DNA of 64,000 nucleotides from Botryllus schlosseri (lineage: Eukaryota), in the NCBI GenBank assembly GCA_051294905.1, contig CM119371.1, positions 23,438,001-23,502,000 on the forward strand, given 5' to 3'. Positions 38,850-51,102 of the stretch are shown in pieces. Every line of letters starts with the position of its first letter. Position 1 is the stretch's first letter. Under the pieces are notes generated by a model. The model made no database searches and was not told the DNA's origin. It worked only from the letters and a program-made list of their open reading frames with translations. Both the position numbers and the translations under genes were made by a program.

Positions 38850-39300
38850 GGTTCCAAAATACCGATAAGCCACTTCTCGAGCTTGTGCTGCGCCGATCGA
38901 ATCGTAGAAAGAATCGGCCATGGCTTTGAACTCTGCCATCGGCAAGCATTTGGCTGAGAATGCAACTTACGCTAAAAACTATCGCCATGAAAGATCTTCT
39001 ATATTAGGTAGAGGCCGCACTAATTTCCATCTGTCTGCACTAGAATCGACTTATATTAAAATCCACCGACCGCACTTGTGTCAGCAGAAGGAATATTTAG
39101 TGAATCTAAAAATTGGCCACTAGCTGCGCTCGCGGTTTGCCTGTAATTCATGTTGTTTGTTTCTATGACGTCATAATTGGTTGTATGCAATGTAGCTAGA
39201 TCCATGTTTTGGAAATTCTCCATTTGCTGACGATTGCCCTTGAAAAGTGTCAGCTCGAAAAGCTTCGGGTTTTAATATGTTTTAGTATGAATATATTATT
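38850..39300 (+). mobile_element. Second Penelope 3' fragment (different family) preceded by an inverted RT fragment
   Basis: SAIGKHLAENATYAKNY...LCQQKEY on plus; PILSTIRSAQHKLEKWLIGILEPV on minus (about 38850-38915). Confidence 0.8.
39226..39270 (+). ncRNA. Minimal hammerhead motif, U3-A8 core variant
   Basis: GCCC-TTGAAAA-GTGTCAGCTC-GAAA-AGCTT-C-GGGT, positionally homologous to 38484-38531. Confidence 0.55.
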
Positions 39301-39316
39301 AAAATGTATATATACA

Positions 39317-40924
39317 TTAGGGTTGTCCATAATTTGGAAAATCTCAAAATTTATGCGTATCCATGTCTCATTCTATAGATTATAGTTAAAAAACGTCAAT
39401 GAACCTGCAATAAGCTCACGGGAAAGTCGTTAATATTTGTCTAAATGCGTTTGAAAGTAGATGCCGTAGAGTGGGCGTGTCAGCGACCATAGAACGGCAA
39501 GCAGACTAGTAATCACGCAATCACGGCGTTTGATTAGCTAATCTGCTACGCTTCAATGATCACAACATTGGCGGCTTGTTGATCAGCCGTTCAAGGAGTC
39601 GGCTAACGGCGGTGATTATGTAAGCGCATTATAGGTTGGTCCGCCAATAATGATTTAGGATTAATTCAGAACATGTTAATTAACGAAACACATGATGAAC
39701 AAAGAACAGCAGCTTCACAATATCTATGACTGGATGGCGGATTGTGAAGGTAACCGTTGTAGCCCCTACGCCTTGATTTCATTGGTGGAAAGAACAAAAA
39801 CAAGCGGAAAAATATTGCAAAGGCGCTTATGCAAGTGGCAAACGAATTTCTAGTCTCAGAGGGGATGTACCATCATTGAATACAAATATAAAGCTTGACA
39901 TTGACACTACTTTGTCTGATCTTATTAGGCTGTTGTCGTGGTATATAATTGAAGTCTTGAATGCTGTAAGGGCTGGATGAATCGGTCATTTATGCTTGGC
40001 ACTTGTCAGATTATTACAGCATAATGAATCATACCCGCAAGTGTTGTCAAAGTTCTCACTGATGCCGCGAAAAGAGGTCTAAAGATAAGCACAGGCTATG
40101 CTGGTAGTACCAGCAAAAAGACAGTTTGCTTGCATTGCTTAGCATGACATTAATGAATCTTAGATCATTACCGGCTGCATCACTACTTATGCTTGAATCA
40201 AACCAGACATGGACGCAAAAAAGGATGTATTGAAGCGGTGTGGTAGTTACCCTCTTCTTCTGAAATCCAATGTAAGCTACCTGGTCGGCCCACATATCTT
40301 CTGAGCATAAAGGATTGTGTCCAGAATCCATATTACATTGTATGCCGCACCAGTTCGGCGATGTCTAATATGCCTTACCTGCACCCAGAAAACAGGACCA
40401 CTTGGTGTAATCTCAAACATATCAGATATGTAGGCTATTTCTGGTATCTGTACTTACTTCTATAAGGTCACAATCATTCGCTGTTTCACCTCTGTCATGC
40501 CTGCAATAGGCTATTGTTGCACTAAAGCTATCGGTACATAGTTTAACACTAAAACATTCAATGACCAGATGTCTCATTTTATTATTAAATCACCAACGTA
40601 CAATGCGCTTACAGAATCATTGCCGTTAGCGAACTGCTCGAACTAGTATAAGCGCATAATCAGCAAGCCGCTGTGGTCGTGACGATTCAAGCATTGCTGA
40701 TTAACCAATCAAGAGACGTGATTTCGTTATTACTAGTTTCTCGCCGTTCTATGGTCGCTAACACGCCCACTCCGCTGCAGCTACTTTCAAACGTATTTAG
40801 ACAAATGTTAACGACTTCCCCGTGAGCTTATTGCTGGTTCATTGATGTTTTTTATCAATAATCTACAGAATGAGGCATGGATACGCATCTTTTTTGAGAT
40901 TTTCCAAATTATGGACAGCCCTAA
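39317..40924. mobile_element. Non-autonomous DNA transposon with about 320-bp imperfect TIRs (hATm-like)
   Basis: TTAGGGTTGTCCATAATTTGG...CCAAATTATGGACAGCCCTAA flanked by TATACA; remnants VWFDSSISSDAAGNDLRFI (minus) and TTLSDLI..SWYII (plus). Confidence 0.7.
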
Positions 40925-41370
40925 TATACATATTTAAATACATCTGTTTATGGCGTGAGAGAACAGGTGAAGGGGTGCATGCGTTCGTAACATCAGCTTT
41001 TAGGGATCGCGAAATACAAAAATATTGAAGAAACGTCGCAGAGTTTCATTAAATACCCTAATTTCACTGCTATTTCCAGCTACGAATTAGACAGCTCCAG
41101 GCGCAAATAAAGTAAGATAATGGTCACTTGATTGAATATTATCCAATTTGACCCAATTTTTTTCGAAAGTTGCGAGTGCATTTTTGTGATCAAATTGCTC
41201 AGCCTAATAATTAAATCATAAACATAAACCGTGAAGGCTGTCACATTTCTACGTATATTGGTGATTCATGTTTCGCGACCTTTATACAATGAGGAAGTAT
41301 AGAAACATTAATCTTCTCTACAGAGTTGTTGTAAAGTAATCTGTAATTGTGAAGAACGCTTATTTTGAAG

Positions 41371-41538
41371 CTCTCAAATCTGATCATTACCGATGACAAA
41401 ATGTCTGCTGAAAGTTTTCGTGAAATCGCAATCACACTCAAGACCACATGTTGCAAAGAGATACGTTTCAAAAACTGCGAATTGACGGCTTGGAAGCTCT
41501 CGCAATTCATCAATGGATGTAAAGACAACCATCTATCT
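41371..41538 (+). CDS. NLR gene: 168-nt LRR exon B3 (last exon I could identify; terminal exon not found)
   Basis: TTTTGAAG/GTAAGT sites; LSNLIITDDKM...IRFKNCELT. Confidence 0.8.
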
Positions 41539-42985
41539 GTAAGTTTGAATAATTTTCCTGAAAGGCGAATTATTTAGATTGGGTGTGAAAATAAGGGCGA
41601 TCGTGATTTGTCGGTCGATTGCGAGATCCAATCGAAAGCCACAAAACGATACTGATGGTAGGTCTTCTTGGGTGAAAGGGCAACATAGACTGAGATTTGC
41701 CATTACTCACGGGTCTGGAAGACCATAGGATGACTGCGATAACGATTTATAGAGTTCGTCGACATATTTGACGTTAGAATAGGCACTCAGGCGACACTGG
41801 AAATATTCTTTCTAGTAAACAGCGAGTATCACTGTAGTTAGAAATCAATAATGAGGCAAAAAAATTCTAAAAGTACTGAGTGCGTCACTTCAATGTCTTT
41901 CTAAGAGCTGCGGCATGGTCACTGTGTTGATTCAGTACCTTCTGACCACTAGGTGATGTTTATGCTGATTGCTTTGCTTTCTGATTACATTTATGTCGTG
42001 ACTATGAAGTTCATTATGTACTAGTTAGCTGCGGCATCGTTTTCGTTCGTTGTACCTGCGTTAACTCTGTTTCATTGCCATGTTGTATTCAGATACACTA
42101 GCTTACTTTTATGATAATAAAAACCTAGGAACCGATCTTATTGGGTTCTATCACAAGGTACAACAGTCAATAACCTAGTAGACCATGTATATATTCAATT
42201 CAAAAACCGGCGCCAATATGAGAAGCACTCAGATGTTGGCTGGCAAGAGCTGCTGAAATAAGCGAAAAACGTGATTTCTCACAGAAGATCTCTCACATAA
42301 CTACAAGTTGACTATACAACACGATTTTGAATTGACTAGAAACTTACATGAACCAAAAATCAGGTTTTCGATATTTCCAGTCCCAAGCAAAAACCGAAGT
42401 CTTGTACGATGAACCTATACAATTAATCATATTTAAAACATTGTATCGTTAACATGATGTAGTGACTCGCTTAAATATCGGAATTTAACTATACACGTTC
42501 ATCTGCGATTTAGTTATGTCGATGCGTAAGTATAGTTTCATACAATTTGAAACAGATATTTATCTTACTTATCTTAAGGTTCCAAATTCATTTCAAGGAT
42601 AAACGTTTATTAACTGACAGTGAAACGAAAGAGATGAATTTACTCAATTATTTTTTATAGGCCAACAATTAATATACGGTAGTCTTCTTTGGTAGTGTAA
42701 TCTCATACGAGAAAACGATTCTGGTTCTGATGAGTCATGCTATAGTGAATCAGTTTCGAAATTATTTTGTCCACTATTTGTATTTAGTGTTGTCTAATCG
42801 ACAACACTAATTTCCAGGTTATATTTGATTGCATGTTATTGTTTTGGTATTCATGGTAATAGTCGACTACCATGGTCATTTACACCAGGCCGATATTCCG
42901 TATCAGCCGACTTGTAGCACAGACCACTCCTAGGCTTTTGGTAAGACACCGCTTACGCGGATGAGATGGCTGAAAAAGCCTAGGT

Positions 42986-44502
42986 CAGTGGTTCCCAACC
43001 AGGGAGGAATTCCCCCCTTGGGGAAAATTTTTGCAATTTTTAGGGAGTTATTCCACTTTATAATTGTAACGGATTTCTCAAATTGTTCATGTCCGAACTG
43101 TCATGTAGTCAACCAGTTATATCCGAGCGTATGCTCCTTATAGCTGTTTTTTGCTGAAAGTATGTTCAAATGCTATTTGAAATCTCTTTTTCACATACGA
43201 ATTCCCCCTTGTTGTTTTTTAAACTAGTTTTTTTAAACTAAATTTTGTAGGACAGCGACGGCCTCTCAATCAAATATGTTTTAAGCGAACAAATGTCTTG
43301 CCGAATCTATCACAACAAAGCATCTAATGAAAGTATTTATCTTATATTTTCAAGTCAACATTTTCAGACAGTGACAGAATATTCTAACGTCACCGATTCA
43401 AGTCAAAGAGATCGCTAGCCCTGCTTTATTTTTAGTGAACAGCTACCCGACCGAAAAAAGATATGTTAAACTCGGTGCAATGTTGCTGAAACGGAATGGT
43501 TGTCCTAACTTTCCACGAGCTCCAGCAGGAAATCTGATCACTTGTATGTTATATATCAGGGCTGTAACCAAGTCACGAGGCTCCGAGTCACAAGTCAATC
43601 TCACTTTCATAGTTTTGACTCGAGTCAAGTCGAGTCATTTTCAATTCTACATTGAGTCAAGTCCGAGCCCAAGTCACCGAGCAGAGGGTCGAGTCCGAGT
43701 CATTATATTATGACTCGAGTCCGAGTCCAAGTCATTGTGTTGACTGCTCAGTTTCCAGTTGAAGTCTTGTTAAACCCACTTTTTATAACTCTTTTTGGTG
43801 ATATTGAATGATTTTGATTTACACTATACTAATTTTCCTCACTTTGAGCAGTTTCTTGTCGCATTTTCAAGTACCAGGACCAATATACAAAATTCCAATA
43901 CGAAGGCCACTTTACTGTTCTTCGAAATTACAATGGAATGTCGGTCTTGTCCGTCTTATAGTCTCGAGTCATGTGGCTTGGTTCCAGTCATGCACAATGA
44001 CTCGAGTACAAGTCGAGTCAATACACAGATTGTCTCTAGTCGAGTCGAGTCATTTCCCTATTTTGAAAAAATGGTGACTCGAGTCCGACTCGAGTCTGGT
44101 CAATCGTGCTATATATGAAAGCACCAATATTATTGTCCAAATGCATACGCAAACTTGAGAAAAAAATCGCGAGACCAGTAAATTTATGCATGCTGATTTT
44201 TCACAGCAGTTATATTAGCGATTGGTGCATGGTAAGCTGAAACACACAAATGGAAGTGTGGGGGTCTGTTGAATCAAGCCTTCCAGAATTTGTTTGATTG
44301 GGACCAATACCATTGTTTTTGGAGGTCTACAAAGTCCCGCTAGAAACAAACACTCCGTACCGCCAATCTTATTCTTCGGTCAACGGGTGTTTGCGCGGTA
44401 AAAATGATCTTTTTTAATCATCGGCAGATTTCTCCTAAGGGGGTATTTTGGCTCAAATTTAGGCCAAGAGAGGCAGGAGATGAAAAAGGTTGGGAACCAC
44501 TG
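42986..44502. mobile_element. hAT-Charlie MITE with a nested GACTCGAGTC-family MITE (43557-44096)
   Basis: TIR CAGTGGTTCCCAACC; TSD GCCTAGGT/GCCTAAGT. Confidence 0.8.
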
Positions 44503-44529
44503 GCCTAAGTAAACCTGCAACACTTAGGT

Positions 44530-45206
44530 CAGTGGTTCCCAACCGGGGGGAATTCCCTCCTTGGGGGGGGGGGGGTATTTTGAAAGTTTTAGGGGGGGAT
44601 CTGGCTTAAATTTTTTAGGGGGAATATGGCTTTGGCATTGTATCGGAAGATACACTGAATTCACAAGGTTTTTAGATTTTTGTGGTGTAGAACGGTTAAG
44701 TAGAAATTAGTTCTTTACAATTGTATGTTTCTTTGGCGGATTTCAAGCTAGGTGTATGTTTAAATACCTTTCGTAGATATTACACCCCCTGATAAAGTGT
44801 GACTCACGAGACGATTTCGTTGGGCCCGGGACAACCTCTCTACCAAATTGCTACTAAGCAGGAAAACGTCAAGCCGAATTCTGCACAAGGCCGCTAGTGT
44901 AATTGTTCAACTTTTTAAGCCAACATATGAGCTAACGTGAAAAACATACCAAATTCATCGTTCAACTCAAGTCCATAACAAGAAGACTTAATGATGTATT
45001 TTTCTTCAACGGCCAAAGTTTAGTGCGGTCCGCATTCGACGTAGTTCGGACATACCTGAATATGTTTGGCCATTAATTGCTCAGTCAACAAATGGTTGCG
45101 CGTTAAAAAGCTCATTTTTTAGTCACAGGCGACTTTTTATAGGGGGAAATTTTAGTTCAAATATCGACCAAGGGGGGAACGAGACGAAAAAGGTTGGGAA
45201 CCACTG
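44530..45206. mobile_element. hAT-Charlie MITE
   Basis: TIR CAGTGGTTCCCAACC; perfect TSD ACTTAGGT. Confidence 0.85.
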
Positions 45207-46059
45207 ACTTAGGTAGTAATTCTGAGTCGACCTCGGCCGGACTCGCACCCACAACACATTGTTGTTTTAGCTGTGGACAGGGCATGATATGGTATGGTAT
45301 GGTATGGTATAGAATGGTAATATTCGATACCCCATACCCGCCCAATCGTTCCATACAATACTTGACAATTTTCCATACCATAGCAACATTCCTCCATGCC
45401 ATATTTGATACTTTTTCCATACTTTCGCAACTTGCCCAACCACTCCAGTCCTATTCTATTTTTGTTGTGTGGAAATGTTCCGGCGTTTATATTATAATTA
45501 TTTTGGATGACATTATCCATTTAAGCAGCTTTGATGCACCAATGATATCCGCAGTTTCTTTATATCATATGTCGTCAGCGATGTAGGTTGCCTAATCATT
45601 GAATACGGAACGTACAATATATATACACGGGATTATTTGGAAATTACAACATAATCTCACGATATGTAAATTTAGTGTGGTAAAGTCCTGCTAGTAGTAA
45701 TATCATCTAGAAAATTACATAAAACAAAGGTATTGTCAAATTATAAGATAGGTTCCCAACCTTTTTTCTTCACTCATCGCAACATGAAATCGATTTATTA
45801 TGCCCTTTAAAATTGCTTCTCCAATAAAATTTGTTAGGACTTTGTTTTGTAAAGACTTGCTATTGGGGAAAGCTAAGACCCCAGAATTTAGCAGCAAGCA
45901 ATAAAGTTAATGAGCAGTGAGCTGGTAACCGTAAATGCAATGTTACGCCTCCGTAAAATCTACGTGTAAGGTAAGCTGACAGAAAACCATTTGCTTACAA
46001 CCCCATGTCAAGCGCGATAGCTAGTTCGTCTTCGATGACGGTTAATAGCTGATCACTTG

Positions 46060-46309
46060 TGTTATGTTCGTGCATTTACGTTTTGGTGTCGTACAACTCT
46101 TTCTTTCTATAGGATTAGTAATTACCGCCAATCATTATTTCCTCGTTTGCTTGTATTTACACCATGTGTTCTGTTGTCTAGTCGGCTTTCGTTTATGTGT
46201 ACTCTGGATCGTGTCGCTGCCTTAAATTTATTCTGCTGTATAATATACTGATTTCATATAGCAACCTCGTCGTATGAGTTATTGTTCAAACAAAATCAAG
46301 AACATAACA
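46060..46309 (+). mobile_element. Solo LTR of the Gypsy family at 33912-35420
   Basis: TGTTATGTT...AACATAACA; perfect 5-bp TSD ACTTG; matches the reverse complement of 33912-34165. Confidence 0.9.
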
Positions 46310-49300
46310 ACTTGATCAGCCCATTGCTCAATATATTTTACCAGTGGCGGCTCGTCCTATAGGGCAACTGGGGCATTGCCCCACCTAAAATTCTGTTCAA
46401 TAACAATTTAACCATTTATAGACGCACAGCAATCAATATATACCGAGATCACAGCGAAACCCGCGTTCTTCTTGTGCTTTCGCTTGCAAACGCCCATACA
46501 TAGCGAAGTCTCTGCGAAAATGAATTCTCTTCTGTGTTTTCGCTTTGTGAATGCCTAGCCGGGGCTTGCCCCGGTAGCGCTCATAACAAGCTTTCACTAT
46601 CTATTCTCTCAAAGCCGCGCACAATAAAGAAACGGTGATTTACTCTCTCCTATTCGTAAAATGGCCGAGCAACCGGGGCAAATATGCCTACTCGCCCCTA
46701 AGGTGTGATGTAACAATCGTTATCTATATCTGAACTCGGGTACCGTAATATGCGTTGAGTCGACCTTTGCTGGTATAGGTCGATTTTGACGGTGTTTCGC
46801 ACCATGATAATTCTTGAAACTTGGTATGATATGTCGTGAAGGTAGTATTTAACACTGCTCCAAGTTTCAGGCTTGCTACTTAAAGATAATGGTAGTAATT
46901 CCGTTTCCGAAGTTCAGTGTGTGCTGATCTATCATGTACATAGTACAGCAAACAGATTTTACTCAAAAGCCGGTATTGGTCTCCATTGATTTTGACGATG
47001 TTCTATACCGAGATCGGTCATGACATTTGGCACGGTAAGTGTTAGTATCGACCGCTGTAACAAGTTTTAAGTTTGTCACTGAACTATGTGGGTGGTAATT
47101 TCGTTTCCAAAGTCGAGTAAGAGCTGACTCTTCATTTATCGCCAACAAATTTACGCAAAAGCCGTTATTGGCCTCTATTGATTTTAACGATGTTCCATAC
47201 CTAGATCTGTCATGAGCTTTCACACGGTATGTCTTGATTTTAGTATCGAACGCGGTGCCAAGTCTTAAAGTTGACACTCAATGATTGAGGCAGTTATTTC
47301 GTTTTCGAGGTCGAGTATGGTAGAGATGCGCGCTGATCTGATACTTAGCCTACCTACGTCATTGCGGATCTCACGCAAAAGCCGGTGTCGGTCTGTGCTA
47401 ATCTATAGTCTGCGTTCCATAACGAGATCGGTGATGATATTTCCAATGGTATATCTCGATGATCGCATGAAACAGCTAACCAAGATTCTCGGTTTGCATT
47501 CAAATATTCACATAATTTTATGTTCGCCAATGTCCATTTCACTGTGAAATTGTGGCCTTCAAACCATTTGCTTACAATCCCCTGTCAATTGCGATAGCTA
47601 TTTCATTTTCGATGTCGGCTAACAGCTGATCGTTCGATCAGCCTATTCCTCGATCTATTTTACTCAAAGTTCGGTGTTCGTCTGTTTGCATTGATTTTGA
47701 CAGTGTACCATACCGGAATGGGTTATGAGATTGCGTATGCTACTTCTCGATGATTTCTTGTAACAGTATACTAAGTTACGGCTTTTATTCATGTATTTAT
47801 ATATTAATATATTTTCCAACGGCGATTTCGCAGCAGACTTATAGACAGTAAGCCGTATGTGTTGTGTCACAGTCTCCAGTTTCAAGGCCAAAATGTCCTA
47901 CGTTGCTCCGAGACCGAAGTTCCGAGGCTGCTGTCTTCTTCAAAGACCATTCAAATTGATGTTCTGGATTCAATATGACAGGCCCAATCTATGAGATAAC
48001 AATTGCGTATGTGTCCGAACTCGTTGACCTTTCCAGTTAGGCTTACGCAATCTCTCGAGTTCTAGTCATTGGAATTAGTCAGGTCAAGTCAAGTGCGAAC
48101 ATGAATCGTATTGAATCTTTATTCCGTACGTAGTTTACGCAGTTGCCTTTAGAGCGAAAATGAGAGGCCTAGAAGTTGTCCAGTCTATTGATCCAATCGT
48201 ACGCCGCACTGTAAATCTAAAAGGTGGAAAAAATGGTAGGAAAATGGAGGAAGATACTTTCTCCCCATTTATCCACCGTATCTCCACCACATATGGAGGA
48301 ATTTAGAGGGTGGAAAGAGGGAGGAATGAATAGTCTACCATATTTGGTGGAAAACAGTTATTGACATGGTGGAAATCAGAAATGACTGTTCGCAAACTGT
48401 CGTATTGCCTAATTAAAACATAACAGTCGATGCTGGCTCATAGTTAATAACGTCATCAGACACGAATTCGGAGTCGAGTGTTGTTTTTTCACTCAATATA
48501 TAAATTATAAAGTCATAGTCGCATGCATTTTGGAATATTGATTGATAAAATATTAAACAGTTTTATTCAAGTGGTTTAGCCAGTAGAGGGATTAGTAAAT
48601 TTGAAAATGTCTGACTGCTATAATGGATTGTGATAATTATTTCAAGATCCTGCACGACCGTAGCATAACCAAAACCGTATATTATTATTGCCAATATTCT
48701 CACCAATGAACCGTGACCGGCGGTAATTCAGCATCCGGGACTCTGACAATTTGCTATTTCGAATATACGGGGAAGCGCTCTCCGTCGTCAGTCAGTCAGT
48801 CGACAGAAAAAGATATCTATATTCATTGATTTTGAGTTAATCACAGTTATGATTATTGTTGAGTTTAGTTCATAAGTTGTGTCATCTGCTTAATCGATTT
48901 CTTATGAAGTACCGGTATCGCTCGTGACTAAAAAGACAATGAACTTGCGGCTTGCCATAAGCAGTACCTGAGAGATGAGAATGATGCATCTGATGACCCG
49001 ATACTGGTTTTCTGCTGATATCTTGTTTGGTGGGAAGGTAATTCAAGTAACCCAACGGGTGAATATAATGCAAGAAATTAGCTAGGAAGAATACATTTTC
49101 ATATTCATGTATACTATAGATAGAGCTATTGGGTATTCAAACTGGTTCTGTATTTAATTTTACCATCAGTAGGTGCATATTTATAATTTGGATTTTCATT
49201 GCGGCTGTTGAAAGGAGAGATCTCGTTTAAATGAAAGGGAATCTTCTGATATATTTCTGGCGTCACAATTTTTGTAAATGTGAGAATTTACTATGAATAC

Positions 49301-50969
49301 ATTCAGTATAATTCTGCCAATACTAAACGACGGATCACGGTCACGGACGATGCATAACTTGTCTTCAGTCCCGCTCAGTCCGAAGTTTAGTATTACAGTA
49401 TCTGTGGTTAATCAATATAGTGTTAGACTGTCATTCAGCATAATAATTGATACCAGTGCGTTTTAGGTATAAATTGAATGTTAAAATGTAAAATGTATGA
49501 CTTAACAGGACATCAGTAGAGAAATTACTATGAATGTGTTGAAATGTCCTATCCTTGCATGCATGAACCAGTACTTGGACAGGCAGTCTCTATTGGCTCA
49601 TGTTCGGCGCTGCCACTATATGTGTACAAACTTCAAGTGTTACGGGTGAGTTTAGGCTTGACTTCATTTATCAATTTTTTCACCTCTATACCCAATTTTC
49701 CTAGAAAAAGTACAAAGCGTTTGCGACAGCAGCATCACTAGCGACTCCCTAACTGTGGATTCATCTGAACGTGATCTGATGGATGATTCAGTTGAATCAT
49801 CACTTTCACGTTCACACCAACAATGGCCTGTGGTCTACAACATCCCAACTTTTCCGCAATATACCTGGTGCAACGCATCAAACACCTAGTACCTGGGAGC
49901 GCTGGCAATATCGTAATTCCATCAAGACTGAGAAAAGAGATCAGGACAATTCTCTTTCAAGATCATTTGCAATATACTTTGTAAGTATAATTCTATTCAA
50001 TTCATCCATGGTATTTTGTTTTGAAACTCGTGCATGCATTTCGTTAGTTTGGATAGATATCAGCTAACTACATGCCGATCTATCTAACAGGTACCCCACT
50101 GCGCATCAGTATCAAGAAGTATGCTCGGCATTATTAAGAAACTATCCAGTTTTGAAAGACAATAACGAAGAAAATTCCAGCTATGTAAGTCCGCTGCATG
50201 TACCTGTAGTCCTGGGCAAATATCCATAGCAAACTGTCCTTGCCCATTACAGGTGAATTCCGGACTACTGTATGTTTTCATATCAGCGTATTATACGCAA
50301 TATACCAATATCGACGGCCGCTAACACATACTAATTGAATTACATGTTGACGCCCACACAAATTTCCGCACATTGCCCAGGCCTGATGTAATCTATTCTT
50401 GTTGACGATTTTTGGCGTATGATAAGCTTGCCAAAGAGTCTGGAAGCGCTGCCAATTAGCGAGTAACTGATGTCTGGTGAACAATTAAATACGCGCTGGT
50501 ATTACGCAGCCTCGGCGACAGTTTTTGCAAATCAAAGTGTCCGAACCTGCGCCACCTCGTAACCTCGTAAGTCGGCGCCTATGGTCTCTTTTGTCATGAC
50601 TATACCTGTACACTGCACGCAGCTTCAATGTAGTTCTGAAGGCAATAATCACAATTCCAGAATAACAACAAGATAAGCCGAGTCCAAGTCGTTATGTTCA
50701 ATGTTAGGTTTTCAGTTCAATCCACTTTTTGTCAATTCTGCTAAAGTGATTGACTCCCATCCAGAATACAGTAATTTTCCTCAGTCTTAACAGTTTCTGG
50801 CCCTATTTTGCCAAGTATCAGGACCCATACTCGAAATAACTATTCTTCGAAGTTGCAATGAAAAATTGATTAAAGTCGAGTCATTCAACGTATTTGTAAA
50901 AAAAAAAGAATTGAGTCAAGTCGAGTCACCCAAAAATCGCGACTTGAGTCCATGCAATGGAACCACCTC

Positions 50970-51102
50970 AAAACAGCCCTTAAAGTCTGAAAATCGGCAT
51001 TGTTCCCAACAATCGCTCAACGAAATTGACCATTGTTATGTTCATTGTGTCGTGGGCTGCCAGTGTTGAAACAATGCCGATTTTCAGACTTTGCGGGCTG
51101 TT
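50970..51102. repeat. Short hairpin or MITE-like inverted repeat
   Basis: AAACAGCCC..AAAGTCTGAAAATCGGCATTGTT is mirrored by AACAATGCCGATTTTCAGACTTT..GGGCTGTTT. Confidence 0.6.

Noticed and set aside
45194..45586. 130-aa ORF as a further NLR exon
   Set aside because: Made of a MITE end, SINE head and (TATGG)n repeat; no 168-nt LRR exon pattern
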